From positions 1 through 58,198 of the IMG/VR virus record IMGVR_UViG_3300025723_000042: a stretch of DNA of 58,198 nucleotides; one strand, written 5' to 3'. The translations under genes were made by a program, and so were the position numbers. Below, one piece after another: positions 24,611 to 35,000 of the stretch. Origin of the DNA: a virus (Duplodnaviria; Caudoviricetes). A model generated the notes under the pieces. That model was not told the DNA's origin. It saw nothing but the letters and a program-made list of their open reading frames with translations, and searched no databases. The first letter of the stretch is position 1. Each line of letters begins with the position of its first letter.

Positions 24611-27437
24611 TGTTTGTTCTGCTTCCTATTCCAATCCAGCTAGCTTCTACACTGGTTCCGTGATAATAATGGTCACCGCTTGTAGCCGCTGTTACATAGA
24701 ACCAACCGTAGTAGTAATTATTTCTGTCATAACTCAATGGTTGAACACTTACGGCCCAAGTTACTGCTTCTAATCCATAATAATTATTTCTTCCATCATA
24801 TATGGAAGTAAGCGCAGAATGAATATTCAAGTCGTAGTGCCCTTTCCAGTATAAACTGTTAGGATCATAACTTAGTCCTAGTATAGATCCTAAGTCTATT
24901 GTGATAGTAACTGATCCATTTGACTGATAACCGTAACCTAAATTATAATAACTGGTGGTCCAACCGCCGTAAGTACTGCTAGGAGCATAGGCATTTCCAA
25001 CTGGTGACCCGCCCCACTGATGCATATCAATGGTTCCTACGATAGTTTCAACAATATTTTGTAAATTGTTATTTAAATTTTGAGCAATAATTATAGGATT
25101 AGGAATATAAGGCTTGTTGCTTAGGTCGTTATAGTTACCTGTTGTAGCCACTGTTGCTAATAATGAACTAAAGTTAGCATCAGTTAAAATTTTAGCCCAT
25201 GGACTCCAAGTATTAGCTACATCGCGACGACTACGAATATAGTTGTCGGCGTGGGCACCAGTTGAACCGCTCCAACCAATTAACAATTCACCTCCGCCTC
25301 CGCCGCCTAATGTAATTAAGTTACCGTAAGTTGTTGGATAACCATTATTGTAAACACCACGTAATGTTAACTCTCCGCTTGGTTCGCTTTGTCCGTTTGA
25401 CTCGGCTGATATATTACCTTGATAACGTAAAGCACCAGTTGTAGTAGAATAGTTTACACTAAAGTTCAATGGGTTCCAAACATAAGAATTTGCTCCGTCA
25501 TTTGAACCCCATAACCATGTTGGTTGGCCACCTTGGCCATTCCAATGTAACTTCATATTATACGCATCAGTATTAATATAAGTTGAATAGGTAGCGTTAA
25601 CAGAATTAGTAGCCGTGTCGGCATTACCTGTTACGTTACCTGTTAAATGTCCTGTTACATTACCAATCAAATTGCCAGCAAAATGGTCGCTAGCAGTATG
25701 GATTGTTCCTGTCGCATTACCTGTTAGATTACCTGTTACATTACCAGTTACATTTCCAAGAACGTTACCTTGTAAATTACCAGCAAAGTAATTAAGTGCG
25801 GTAAGAACAGAACCAGTTACATTACCAGTCACATTACCAATTAAGTTACCTGAAAAGTGATCGCTAGCTGTATGAACAGTACCCGATATGTTACCAGTTA
25901 CGTTACCAGTTACGTTACCAGTTACGTTACCAGTTACGTTACCTTGTAAATTACCAGCAAAATGATTAAGGGCTGTAAGAAGATTACCTGTTACATTACC
26001 TGTTACATTACCTGTTAAGTTACCGATAAAGTGATCTGTAGCAGTATGGGTTGCTCCTATGATATTACCTTGTACATTACCAACAACGTTACCAAAAACA
26101 TCACCGACTTGTTGTCCTGAATGAGTTCCAAAACTATCGCCAGTCAGCGTACCAGTTACATTACCTGTTACCGGTCCGCTATGTTGTCCTGTTGTATTAC
26201 CTGTTACATTTCCAACAATACTAATATTGTAAGTAGCATTGTTATTAAACACAAAATTATTTGGTTTATTTGGATAAACGTTATTCCAATCAACTTGATT
26301 AGCTACTGTGGCGACATCTGCGAGTGTAGCGTGGTCGGCTAATGCGGCATGGTCTGCTTGTGATGCCGCATCTGCCTTTCCAATGAAATGAGGACTAGTA
26401 ATAGCACCATTGCCGTCTCTAATAACTGCTGTATTAGGAGTTCCAGATACACTGGCTGTTTGATAATTGCCGTTACCGTCGTTTAGCGTATCTGCTTTTT
26501 GTGCTGTAGAAAATACATAACCAGCGTATACATTATTAAACTTAAGACTGCTACTACCTAAATTTGTACTTAGATTAGTATTAGGTAATACGTTGTTGTT
26601 AACCAATGTTAATGGAGTATTTGCTCCTGCATTAGTTTGAAATTGTATTGTTGTTGACGCGGCTCTTAATGTTGGTATTGAACTAACATTTAATAATGTT
26701 GTTGCTGAACCAACATTGACTCCTGCATCTGGAGTTTGAATACTTGTCAGGAATACTGGATTAGAAACTGGAGCATAAAAACTAGGAGGATTATTTCCTA
26801 AATTATCTGCATTTGTACTTGTTCCGTGTACTTTATAATTTGAATTTAAAGTTATTCCTTGGAATACTGTAGCAAAACCTGGAATAGAAACTTTAGGTGT
26901 AAAATTTTCGGCGGAACTAACAATGAAATAAATGTTACCGTCTACTAGAGCTTGTTGTACAGGATGCGGATTGTTATCTGTATCTAAAATAGTAGTACTA
27001 AACATTTCTGTAGTACCAAACCCTGTTACACTTTGTGGACCTACTAGAATGTAAGCAGATCCGTTGTATACTTTTAATTGATTATTAGCTGTGTCATACC
27101 ACATGTCTCCAAGTGTAGGAGTTCCAGCTGGGTTTTGACCGCCAGCAGATGTTGGTCCAACTTGATTAACAGCAAGCGATTTCCAACCGCCGCCGTCAAA
27201 CACATTTAATTTTAAAGCAGAACTAGTTGTATTAAACCAAGTTTGCCCTGTTGTAGTTTTTAAAGGCTGACTAGTGCTAGCAAAATTTTGTAATAACCAT
27301 AAAAAATTATCGTTTTGCTTTTCACCGTACCCGGCGTAGTTTTTACCAATAAAAGTAAGACTTGAAGTGGTATTAATTGTGCCGTCTGCTACTACAGCAT
27401 AGGGTGTTCCATCAAAATTTGTTATGTTGTATGACAT
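24594..27437 (-). CDS. long tail fibre / receptor-binding protein
   Basis: Shared fibre N-terminus, (GNVT)n shaft, WNGQGGQPTWLWG and YNNGYP..YG...WSPW fibre modules, VATTGNYNDLSNKP, and a Tyr/Trp-rich C-terminal domain. Confidence 0.8.
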   Translation of the reverse strand: MSYNITNFDGTPYAVVADGTINTTSSLTFIGKNYAGYGEKQNDNFLWLLQNFASTSQPLKTTTGQTWFNTTSSALKLNVFDGGGWKSLAVNQVGPTSAGGQNPAGTPTLGDMWYDTANNQLKVYNGSAYILVGPQSVTGFGTTEMFSTTILDTDNNPHPVQQALVDGNIYFIVSSAENFTPKVSIPGFATVFQGITLNSNYKVHGTSTNADNLGNNPPSFYAPVSNPVFLTSIQTPDAGVNVGSATTLLNVSSIPTLRAASTTIQFQTNAGANTPLTLVNNNVLPNTNLSTNLGSSSLKFNNVYAGYVFSTAQKADTLNDGNGNYQTASVSGTPNTAVIRDGNGAITSPHFIGKADAASQADHAALADHATLADVATVANQVDWNNVYPNKPNNFVFNNNATYNISIVGNVTGNTTGQHSGPVTGNVTGTLTGDSFGTHSGQQVGDVFGNVVGNVQGNIIGATHTATDHFIGNLTGNVTGNVTGNLLTALNHFAGNLQGNVTGNVTGNVTGNVTGNISGTVHTASDHFSGNLIGNVTGNVTGSVLTALNYFAGNLQGNVLGNVTGNVTGNLTGNATGTIHTASDHFAGNLIGNVTGHLTGNVTGNADTATNSVNATYSTYINTDAYNMKLHWNGQGGQPTWLWGSNDGANSYVWNPLNFSVNYSTTTGALRYQGNISAESNGQSEPSGELTLRGVYNNGYPTTYGNLITLGGGGGGELLIGWSGSTGAHADNYIRSRRDVANTWSPWAKILTDANFSSLLATVATTGNYNDLSNKPYIPNPIIIAQNLNNNLQNIVETIVGTIDMHQWGGSPVGNAYAPSSTYGGWTTSYYNLGYGYQSNGSVTITIDLGSILGLSYDPNSLYWKGHYDLNIHSALTSIYDGRNNYYGLEAVTWAVSVQPLSYDRNNYYYGWFYVTAATSGDHYYHGTSVEASWIGIGSRTNNVYTP
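25620..26220. repeat. degenerate 12-bp coding tandem repeats (GNVT) with a higher-order ~58-aa unit
   Basis: GTTACCAGTTAC x4.5 is perfect at 25890-25943. HTAxDHFxGNL occurs three times and LTALNxFAGNLQG twice. Confidence 0.85.
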
Positions 27438-27471
27438 TTTCGCTCTGCTCTTTTAATATTCAATATTTACC

Positions 27472-29121
27472 TTACAGGTTGAACTGGTATGTCCAGACCA
27501 ACGGGCTTCCAGTTAACTGGAATTGTCTCACAGTTGAATCGTCAGTTACAAACACTCTACATAATGTACCAGACTGATGTTCTGTATTAGGAAAAATCTT
27601 AGACAAATAATTTGCCGCTAACTGAGTGTTAGATAAACCGTTTGCTGTTAATGTTATTGCCACACTAGCTGTCTGAACTGCTGTATCAACGTATGTTTTA
27701 TTTGCAGCATCGGTTGATTGAGTAGGAGTTGCTACATTAATAACTCTAGCCGAATTAACATTAACTACTCCAATACCCTTTGGTTGAATGATAATATCAC
27801 CGTTTGGCTGAAGTGGATTGTAGTAACTAATAGTATTAGAATTAATATTAATATTAGTTGTATTAAGACTTGTTAATCTGCCAAGACTGGTTATTCCGTT
27901 GGCACTAGTAATACCTGTTCCTAAACTTGAACCAGTTAATACATCAAGGCCGTTTATTTTAAATGTTTGACCACTAGCTAGATTAATAGTTTCGCTACTA
28001 TTCCAACCAGTATTATCATTAACCCATGTAAATGTTTTGTCAGTTGTACCATGTAATGTAAATCCGCCACCGTTAGCTAGTGTATCTGTTGGGCTTGTTA
28101 CTTTGTTTAGTTCAACATTTTTATCTGCCAATGTAATTACTGTAGAACTAATAGTAGCTGTAGAACCTTTGACTGTTAAATTGCCTTCAACAATTACATC
28201 GCCAGCTACATCTAAGGTGGCCGCTGGAGATTGAGTATAAAGACCTACATACTGATTAGCGGAATCAATATACAACGCAGGATGTGTACCCGAGGCGTTT
28301 TTTAATTGAATTAAAAAGTTTTGATTGGTTGTATTTGATTTAATTTCAAATATGCTTCCAGTTACATCGAACTCTGTATCTGCCGCTGGACCTAATAGTA
28401 AAGGTGTGCTGTTTTGAATACTTAATGTGCCGGTACTTTGACTAGAATCGCTAGTAGATACAAAACTTTCGGCTGTTTTTAACGCACCTGTTGCCGAAAT
28501 TAAATTATAAGCAGAGCTGGTTGGAACATTAAATGTAAAATTAGTTATACTGCTACAGGTAAATCCAACACCTACTGTAGCTGGAATGCCAGCGGGAGGT
28601 TCGTTGAATGTAAATGCTTCTTTAGTAAACACACCTAATAATTGTTGAGACAACCATAGCAAAACAACTGTGTGACTAATTTGATTAGTATCTAAGTGGT
28701 CTTCAATAGTAAATCCAGATACGCCTTGGGCCGCTGTATATGCCGGTCCTGCTAACAATGTAGCTATACCATCATTGAAATATAATTGCTCACGGACATT
28801 ATCAATCCACAAGTCACCAGCTGACAAACTGCTAGGAATAGTACTAGATACTATTGATCCGCCACTAACAACAAACTGAGTTCCATTATATACTTTTAAT
28901 CTATTGACACTTGTATCAAACCATAACTGACCCTGTATAGGACTATTAGGAGGACTACTATTAGAAAAATTTTCTAATATGTGTACAAAATTTTCGTTAA
29001 TATAATTGCCGTAGCCTGTAGAATTTTTTCCAATTAAGGTTAAATCGGTAGTATTGTCGACAGATCCATCTGTTATACTAGTTAATGCTGTACCGTTGGT
29101 TAAAAGAATTGAATAAGTCAT
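27472..29121 (-). CDS. tail fibre / baseplate-attached fibre protein
   Basis: Shared N-terminus LIGKNSTGYG..NENF..ILENFS..P..GQLWFD; TLDVAGD; PTQSTDAANKTYVD. Confidence 0.75.
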   Translation of the reverse strand: MTYSILLTNGTALTSITDGSVDNTTDLTLIGKNSTGYGNYINENFVHILENFSNSSPPNSPIQGQLWFDTSVNRLKVYNGTQFVVSGGSIVSSTIPSSLSAGDLWIDNVREQLYFNDGIATLLAGPAYTAAQGVSGFTIEDHLDTNQISHTVVLLWLSQQLLGVFTKEAFTFNEPPAGIPATVGVGFTCSSITNFTFNVPTSSAYNLISATGALKTAESFVSTSDSSQSTGTLSIQNSTPLLLGPAADTEFDVTGSIFEIKSNTTNQNFLIQLKNASGTHPALYIDSANQYVGLYTQSPAATLDVAGDVIVEGNLTVKGSTATISSTVITLADKNVELNKVTSPTDTLANGGGFTLHGTTDKTFTWVNDNTGWNSSETINLASGQTFKINGLDVLTGSSLGTGITSANGITSLGRLTSLNTTNININSNTISYYNPLQPNGDIIIQPKGIGVVNVNSARVINVATPTQSTDAANKTYVDTAVQTASVAITLTANGLSNTQLAANYLSKIFPNTEHQSGTLCRVFVTDDSTVRQFQLTGSPLVWTYQFNL

Positions 29122-31382
29122 TATAGGATACCAGTGAAAATTATGTAATTAATAGTTTCATACGGATTCATAATATTAATTGGCACACCATGTGCAGGAG
29201 CAATAACGCTACCGCTATTAGGCAATCCATAACCTGTACTAGAAGAAGGAAGTCCTAAACCAGGAGTTGCGGCAGAATCAGAAGCCGCTCCAGGAATACC
29301 GCCAGCATAATATTGTGGATAAGGAGGTTGCGAACTCTTCAAATCGTGTTGGTGATCTGGTAAGTTAGTAACTCCAACTGAAATTTGTTGATTACCTGCT
29401 CCTGTTCCAATAATATCAGCAGTAACATCACTTACACGATTAGCGGCACCGCCGCCTGCTGATATTTTTGTTCCAGAACCATCCTTGTAAGGAACAGTTA
29501 AATTATTATTCATATTATCACGACCTAACGGGAAACGTCCACGTAAGTCAGGTAGAGCAAATGTTCCTTGCCCTTGTAATAGTATGGCTGCCTTATAATT
29601 ATAACCAATTACATTATACAAAATTGTATATTTTGAAATCTGTACTTCACTTCCGTCGCATAGTAAATATCCTGTTGGAACGATTGTTCCAGCAAAAGGA
29701 AAAATACATCCGACTGGTACTGTTGCCACATGGTTAAACAATGTTTGTTTAGACATTTGTACTAAGCCAGCACCTGTTTGATATACAAGCAATGCGTCGT
29801 TGTAGTTACTATCTGTTGCGCTAGTTCTTGGAGTATTATTTGAATTAGTGGTAATAAAGTTCTGATTAATTTGGGTTTGAAATACTACAGAACCTGTAGT
29901 AGTTTGTCCATTAAAGCTGATAGTGTTACTGACTACGTCGCCGTTTAAACTAAATTGAGTCGGACTTGCCAACTTAGCCGCGCTACCATTAACACTACCT
30001 GCTAGACTTCCAGTAAACGATCCATTGAAAGTTCCAACAAAGCTCTGAGCATAAACATTTCTAAAAGGTCTAGTAGCAGTTCCAATGTCATACAATCCTG
30101 CGCCTGCTGTTACATAAGGAATATTTAAACTTTGTGCTTCTGAAGAACTAATACTGTAACCTGGAACCATAACTGCGCCAGCAACTGGTGCGCCAGCTGA
30201 CAAATTATTTAAAATTACGCCGCCGCCACTATTATTAGGCTGTGTGGCATACACAGAAATATCTTTACCAAAGTTACTGTTTAAGGCAACACCTAGTCCG
30301 CCTGATGTAACAATGCTACCCGTAGTAGTAGTTGTAGAATTAGTTGTGCCAGTTATTACTAGGTTGCCAGGACCGCCAGATGGAGTATTAATTGTGTCAG
30401 GCTTAATAGTTAATGTTCCCATTACATCTAATGTAGATGTTGGAGCAGTATTATTAAATCCTAAACCAACTGTTCCGTTAGCTTGAAAATAAACTAATGT
30501 TTGAGTCGCTGAGCCGTTATTTAAATTAAAGGCAATGTTGTGTCCACTTGTAATACTTGTAAAAATTGTAGTACTAGTATTAACACCAATATTGAAACCT
30601 AACGCAGTACCTAAATTTATACCAGCGTTTGATTTAATATTAAGCGAACTGGTTGTTGTGTTTGTTGTACCTTCTGTTGTAAGAAAGTTCGAAGATAAAA
30701 TTGTTTTACCATTAACTAATAATGAGTCAGCAGATTGAGCAGTTCCCCAGAATCTTGTTAATCCTGAACTAGCATCTACAGAACTTAAATTAACACCTTC
30801 GTTGATTGTAGTAAATCCAGGGATTGCTAATTTAGGAATAAAAGTATCTTTACTGATTATAGTAATTCTATAACTAGTACCTGTAGCAGAACTAGCGGCA
30901 TAGTTTGTAACAACGCTATGCGTTACGTTATTAGTATCTACAATATTTTCAACTATAGGACCTGTTAAAGTTCCTTGACTAAATTGTGGGCCGACTAATA
31001 ACCAGTTAGATCCCGAGAACAAATACAACTGACTGTTAGCAGTATCAACCCACAAATCGCCTTGTAGACTGTTAGAAACTTGAGGAGCTGTGGCAGATTT
31101 TTTTAAATTACCTGCTGATGTCCAAGTAGTACCGTCCCATATTTTAAGGCTGCTGGCACTATTGTCATACCATAATTGACCTTGAACTGGGTTGTTAGGA
31201 GCTGTTGGTGCCGCAAAATTTTCTAATAAATGTAAAAAATCATTAGCAACAATAGGAGCATAACCATTATAGTTTTGTCCTACAAAAGTAAGACTAGTTT
31301 GATTGTTAAGACTTTGATCTTGAACAACAATAGCCGGTTTAGCTGGATTGTTTGATTCGGTATACGTAACTTGGTAAGTCAT
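29121..31382 (-). CDS. short tail fibre-like protein with phage tail collar domain
   Basis: VPVGCIFPFAG..PTGYLLCDG...FALPDLRGRFPLG...HQH...NPYETINYII; shared fibre N-terminus. Confidence 0.82.
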   Translation of the reverse strand: MTYQVTYTESNNPAKPAIVVQDQSLNNQTSLTFVGQNYNGYAPIVANDFLHLLENFAAPTAPNNPVQGQLWYDNSASSLKIWDGTTWTSAGNLKKSATAPQVSNSLQGDLWVDTANSQLYLFSGSNWLLVGPQFSQGTLTGPIVENIVDTNNVTHSVVTNYAASSATGTSYRITIISKDTFIPKLAIPGFTTINEGVNLSSVDASSGLTRFWGTAQSADSLLVNGKTILSSNFLTTEGTTNTTTSSLNIKSNAGINLGTALGFNIGVNTSTTIFTSITSGHNIAFNLNNGSATQTLVYFQANGTVGLGFNNTAPTSTLDVMGTLTIKPDTINTPSGGPGNLVITGTTNSTTTTTGSIVTSGGLGVALNSNFGKDISVYATQPNNSGGGVILNNLSAGAPVAGAVMVPGYSISSSEAQSLNIPYVTAGAGLYDIGTATRPFRNVYAQSFVGTFNGSFTGSLAGSVNGSAAKLASPTQFSLNGDVVSNTISFNGQTTTGSVVFQTQINQNFITTNSNNTPRTSATDSNYNDALLVYQTGAGLVQMSKQTLFNHVATVPVGCIFPFAGTIVPTGYLLCDGSEVQISKYTILYNVIGYNYKAAILLQGQGTFALPDLRGRFPLGRDNMNNNLTVPYKDGSGTKISAGGGAANRVSDVTADIIGTGAGNQQISVGVTNLPDHQHDLKSSQPPYPQYYAGGIPGAASDSAATPGLGLPSSSTGYGLPNSGSVIAPAHGVPINIMNPYETINYIIFTGIL

Positions 31383-31383
31383 C

Positions 31384-31992
31384 TTATACTCCTACTAGTC
31401 CAGTTAAACTTTGAATACGAACTGTATAATCAATTTGTATTAAACGGTTTAAACTTTTTAAAACTGGGTGGAATATCACATGAGTCAATAATAACGCAGA
31501 TCCGTCTGAATTATAACTTTGTAATCCTAATTCGTCAAATACAAAAGTAGCTTCTGTACTAGTTGCTGTATCATATGCGCCCTGGCCACTAGGTTCGCCG
31601 TAATCTAACAAACAAGTTACAAAAATGTCTGTATAGTTTGTACCGGTTACGTGGCGACTTTCAATAAAATTTCTGCTAGGGTCTAGGTTAGTACTGGAAT
31701 TATTGTTTACAACTTTACTGTATGTTTCGTTGTACAAACTAGCATTAGTTCCGCTGGTATTTGGAGTCAAATATGTAATAATTCCCGTAGGATCAATACT
31801 AGTTCCGCCATTACCGAATGCCATTTGATAAATGAACCCTTGTCCGCTATTAGCCATGCTTTCTGCTAGTGCTATACTAATATTTTCATAGTGAATAGCA
31901 TTACGTTTGTTTACGTAAATTTCTTTAGAAACCGGGTCGTGGATCTTAATATGACCCTCAATATGTATTCCTGTCGCGTCTTTAGTCTGCAT
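31384..31992 (-). CDS. putative baseplate/virion structural protein
   Basis: 202 aa; MAFGNGG, FDELGL, THVIFHPVLKS..R..IDYTVRI; lies between the giant baseplate gene and the fibres. Confidence 0.65.
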   Translation of the reverse strand: MQTKDATGIHIEGHIKIHDPVSKEIYVNKRNAIHYENISIALAESMANSGQGFIYQMAFGNGGTSIDPTGIITYLTPNTSGTNASLYNETYSKVVNNNSSTNLDPSRNFIESRHVTGTNYTDIFVTCLLDYGEPSGQGAYDTATSTEATFVFDELGLQSYNSDGSALLLTHVIFHPVLKSLNRLIQIDYTVRIQSLTGLVGV

Positions 31993-32039
31993 ATCAATCT
32001 CTCTTTATCTTATATTTATCAAAGCCATTATCTGCTAGT

Positions 32040-35000
32040 TTAACTCTTGTAATCTGTATACCACACACCTGGACTGACTTTTAAGAACTCAGAAATCTTG
32101 CTATTATCGTTTAAAATATTAACTGGATTGTTCTTGTTTCCGTCCCATGCTGTTCCGATTTGTTTGATTACAGTAATTTGAGTTCCTTTGTTTAGTAAAT
32201 TAGTTAATGTTATGGATTTTGAAACACCGTCTACAGTAAAATCTGCCGGTAATTGAACATCACCTGCCGGACTGTAAGGATTAACATTAACATTGTGTAC
32301 TTTGTATGGTTGTTTCTTTAATCGAATATTTCCAATAAAGAATGTCCAATTACTACTATCAGCACTAAATGTTGCTCCGGCAGTATGTGCCGTTGTACAT
32401 CTATATGTATAACTACCTATGTTTACAATGTCACCAACATTATAACTAACACCAGATGCCCAAGAAGATCCATCATTGTATCCGCCGACAAATACTTCAA
32501 TATCACCCGGAACTTCTGCTACAATCGCATGAGTTTTAGCATTATGGATAGGATATAGTCCAGGAGCAAAACTTAAATTCACCGTACTTGTTCCATCACT
32601 AATAATTTGTTCAGTAATAGTAGTTTCAGTATATGGAATAGTTTCAGTTGGGCCAATATCTTGTACAAACGCACCTGCTTTATGTAAAGTGTAAACACCT
32701 GTGCCTAAAGTTCCACGACGTAGTCTACTTAATACGTTGCCATTAATGGCAAAATATTCAATACGCTCGCCGCGAATTTCAATTACGCCTGGTTTGTTAG
32801 CTGTAGGATTTGGCACATCAAAGTTACTAGCATCTACCAATGTAATACTAGTATCATTCCAATGTAAATCGTTAGCAAGAGTGGTTCTCTTACTTAAACT
32901 TAAACGCTTATAACTTACACGATTCAACATATCTTTAAATTGCATGTAGGCAATTCCCGAAGATAATATGTTACTTCCAAATGTAATAAACGTTAGTTGA
33001 TCAGATCCTAATGGCAATGTTGCCAACTGGACACTTTGCTTATCATCATTTAATTTGTAATCAATTGTAGGTGTTAATAGTTTACCATTCTTTGTAATCC
33101 ATACATAACTGTCACTCAATACAGTTCTTTCTAGTTTAATTAAACCAGATGCTAGATTTTTGTAATAATAGTAATCAGCAGTATTTGGAGTTAATGAGAC
33201 ATTAGATGTAACATTAACGCTAGATCTTTGAATATCTAATACAGAATGATTATAAGAACTTATTACTTCTACAACATGAGTATGGTCATAGGCTTGTGTA
33301 AATGTAATTGTTTGTGATTCTGGATTGTAAAAATAACTTTCATCCGTTGTAATACTTACTAATAACGTAGTTCCTGAATAAAGTGTGTAAGCATTTTTTG
33401 TCAATGTAATAGTAATTCCAGACAAATCTACAGTATAGTCCGATCCTAGATTTAATTTTATACCGTTAGCTATCACATTAATATTTTGAATGGTTGCTGA
33501 GTATGGAATAATCTTTGCTGGATCAATATTATAGTTTAGTTGATTATTTTCAATTGTAAAATAGTTATCATTAGGGCCTGACAAAATAGTTTGGTCTACA
33601 CGAACTATCATACTAGACTCGTATGGTAAACTTGTTCCGACAGGATATGCTAATGGATAAGTTAAACTTACACCATTAGTTGCTATAATTTCTTTATTTG
33701 TTACTACAAATGTTTGTTGTGCTCCGCTGACAATAACAAAATTAATTAAACTACCAACTGTTGGAGGATTAATAAATTTAAATCCAACAGCATTAGCAAA
33801 ATCATAAGTTGCGTCTGTTTTAAACAACTGAGGATTAGCAACAACTCCGTCAATATAAACAACTGCTGTTATATCTTTGAGCCAAGGCGCTTTAGTTACA
33901 AATTCTGTAGTAGTTCCGTCTCCGACAAAATAATCAAGGTCAAGAATATTAGAACCAGCAAATCCTATATTAAAGACTGTTACAGTAGTTTTAGCTGGAG
34001 GTGTCGATAATAATGTAATTTTTTTATTTTTATAATCGACTGTATAATCTGTTTGATAAGTTTTTATAGTATTACCAACTTTAACAATCAATGCTTTTGG
34101 ACTGTTAGGTTGTTGTGTTAAAGTATATGTAGAAGTTGTTCCGTTGGCAATAAAATTGTCTGTCACAATATTTGCGGCACCCGAATTAGATCTATCATAA
34201 ACTTTAATAGCCACAGCATCAACTACTTGTCCTGGAACAACTTCTTCTGGAGCAGGGCTTGTAGTTGGAGTAACCATTCCGTCACCGTCAACTATAATAT
34301 CATCTGCTGCCAAGCCGGTAGCTGTACTATATGCCAAATCACCGCCTACTAGAGAAGTGTCATAATCGTTGGCATTTGGTAATATAGAACCATCGCTGGT
34401 ACTACGTCTGATAATAAACTCATCACCGTTAGATACTGTATATCCACTAGGAATTGTAATTGTATATTGATATAATCCAGGCGCAACTTGACTGTCTGGA
34501 GTTCCGGTAGCAATTGGAGATATCATTATAGCATTTTTATTTGTCTGTTGCTGTGTTCCATAATATGGATCATCTAATCTTACAGGACTAATTTTACCAG
34601 TAATATTAAGAACTGATAAATTAGACAACCCTGTAGGATACGTTGTACTATTAAGCACAGCAGTTCCGTTAGCATTAATTGTTATATCAGTTGGTTGAGA
34701 TAATGTTTTAGTAAATGTTAATTCAATATTTGGATTAATATCTGAATATAAAATTGAATTCAAAGCGACTGTTTGACTGTCAACGATACCTGTAACTGTT
34801 GAATTATAAATTAATGATTTAACTGTAGCGCAAGCTACAACATCTCCAACATTAATATATGTTGTATCTGAGACTGTAAGCTGTGTACTACCAGCAAAGT
34901 TAAATGTAAAGATTAGTGTTCCGCTAGGAATACTATCAGGTGCTCTGTTCAATGTAACAGTATTAGTATCTTGATTCACGCTAACAACTTTATGTATAGC

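Noticed and set aside
24594-25140. Possible diversity-generating retroelement target (Asn/Tyr-rich fibre C-terminus)
   Set aside because: No reverse transcriptase and no near-identical template repeat seen in the window.
25620-26220. CRISPR-like array
   Set aside because: The repeats are 12-bp in-frame coding units with no unique spacers.
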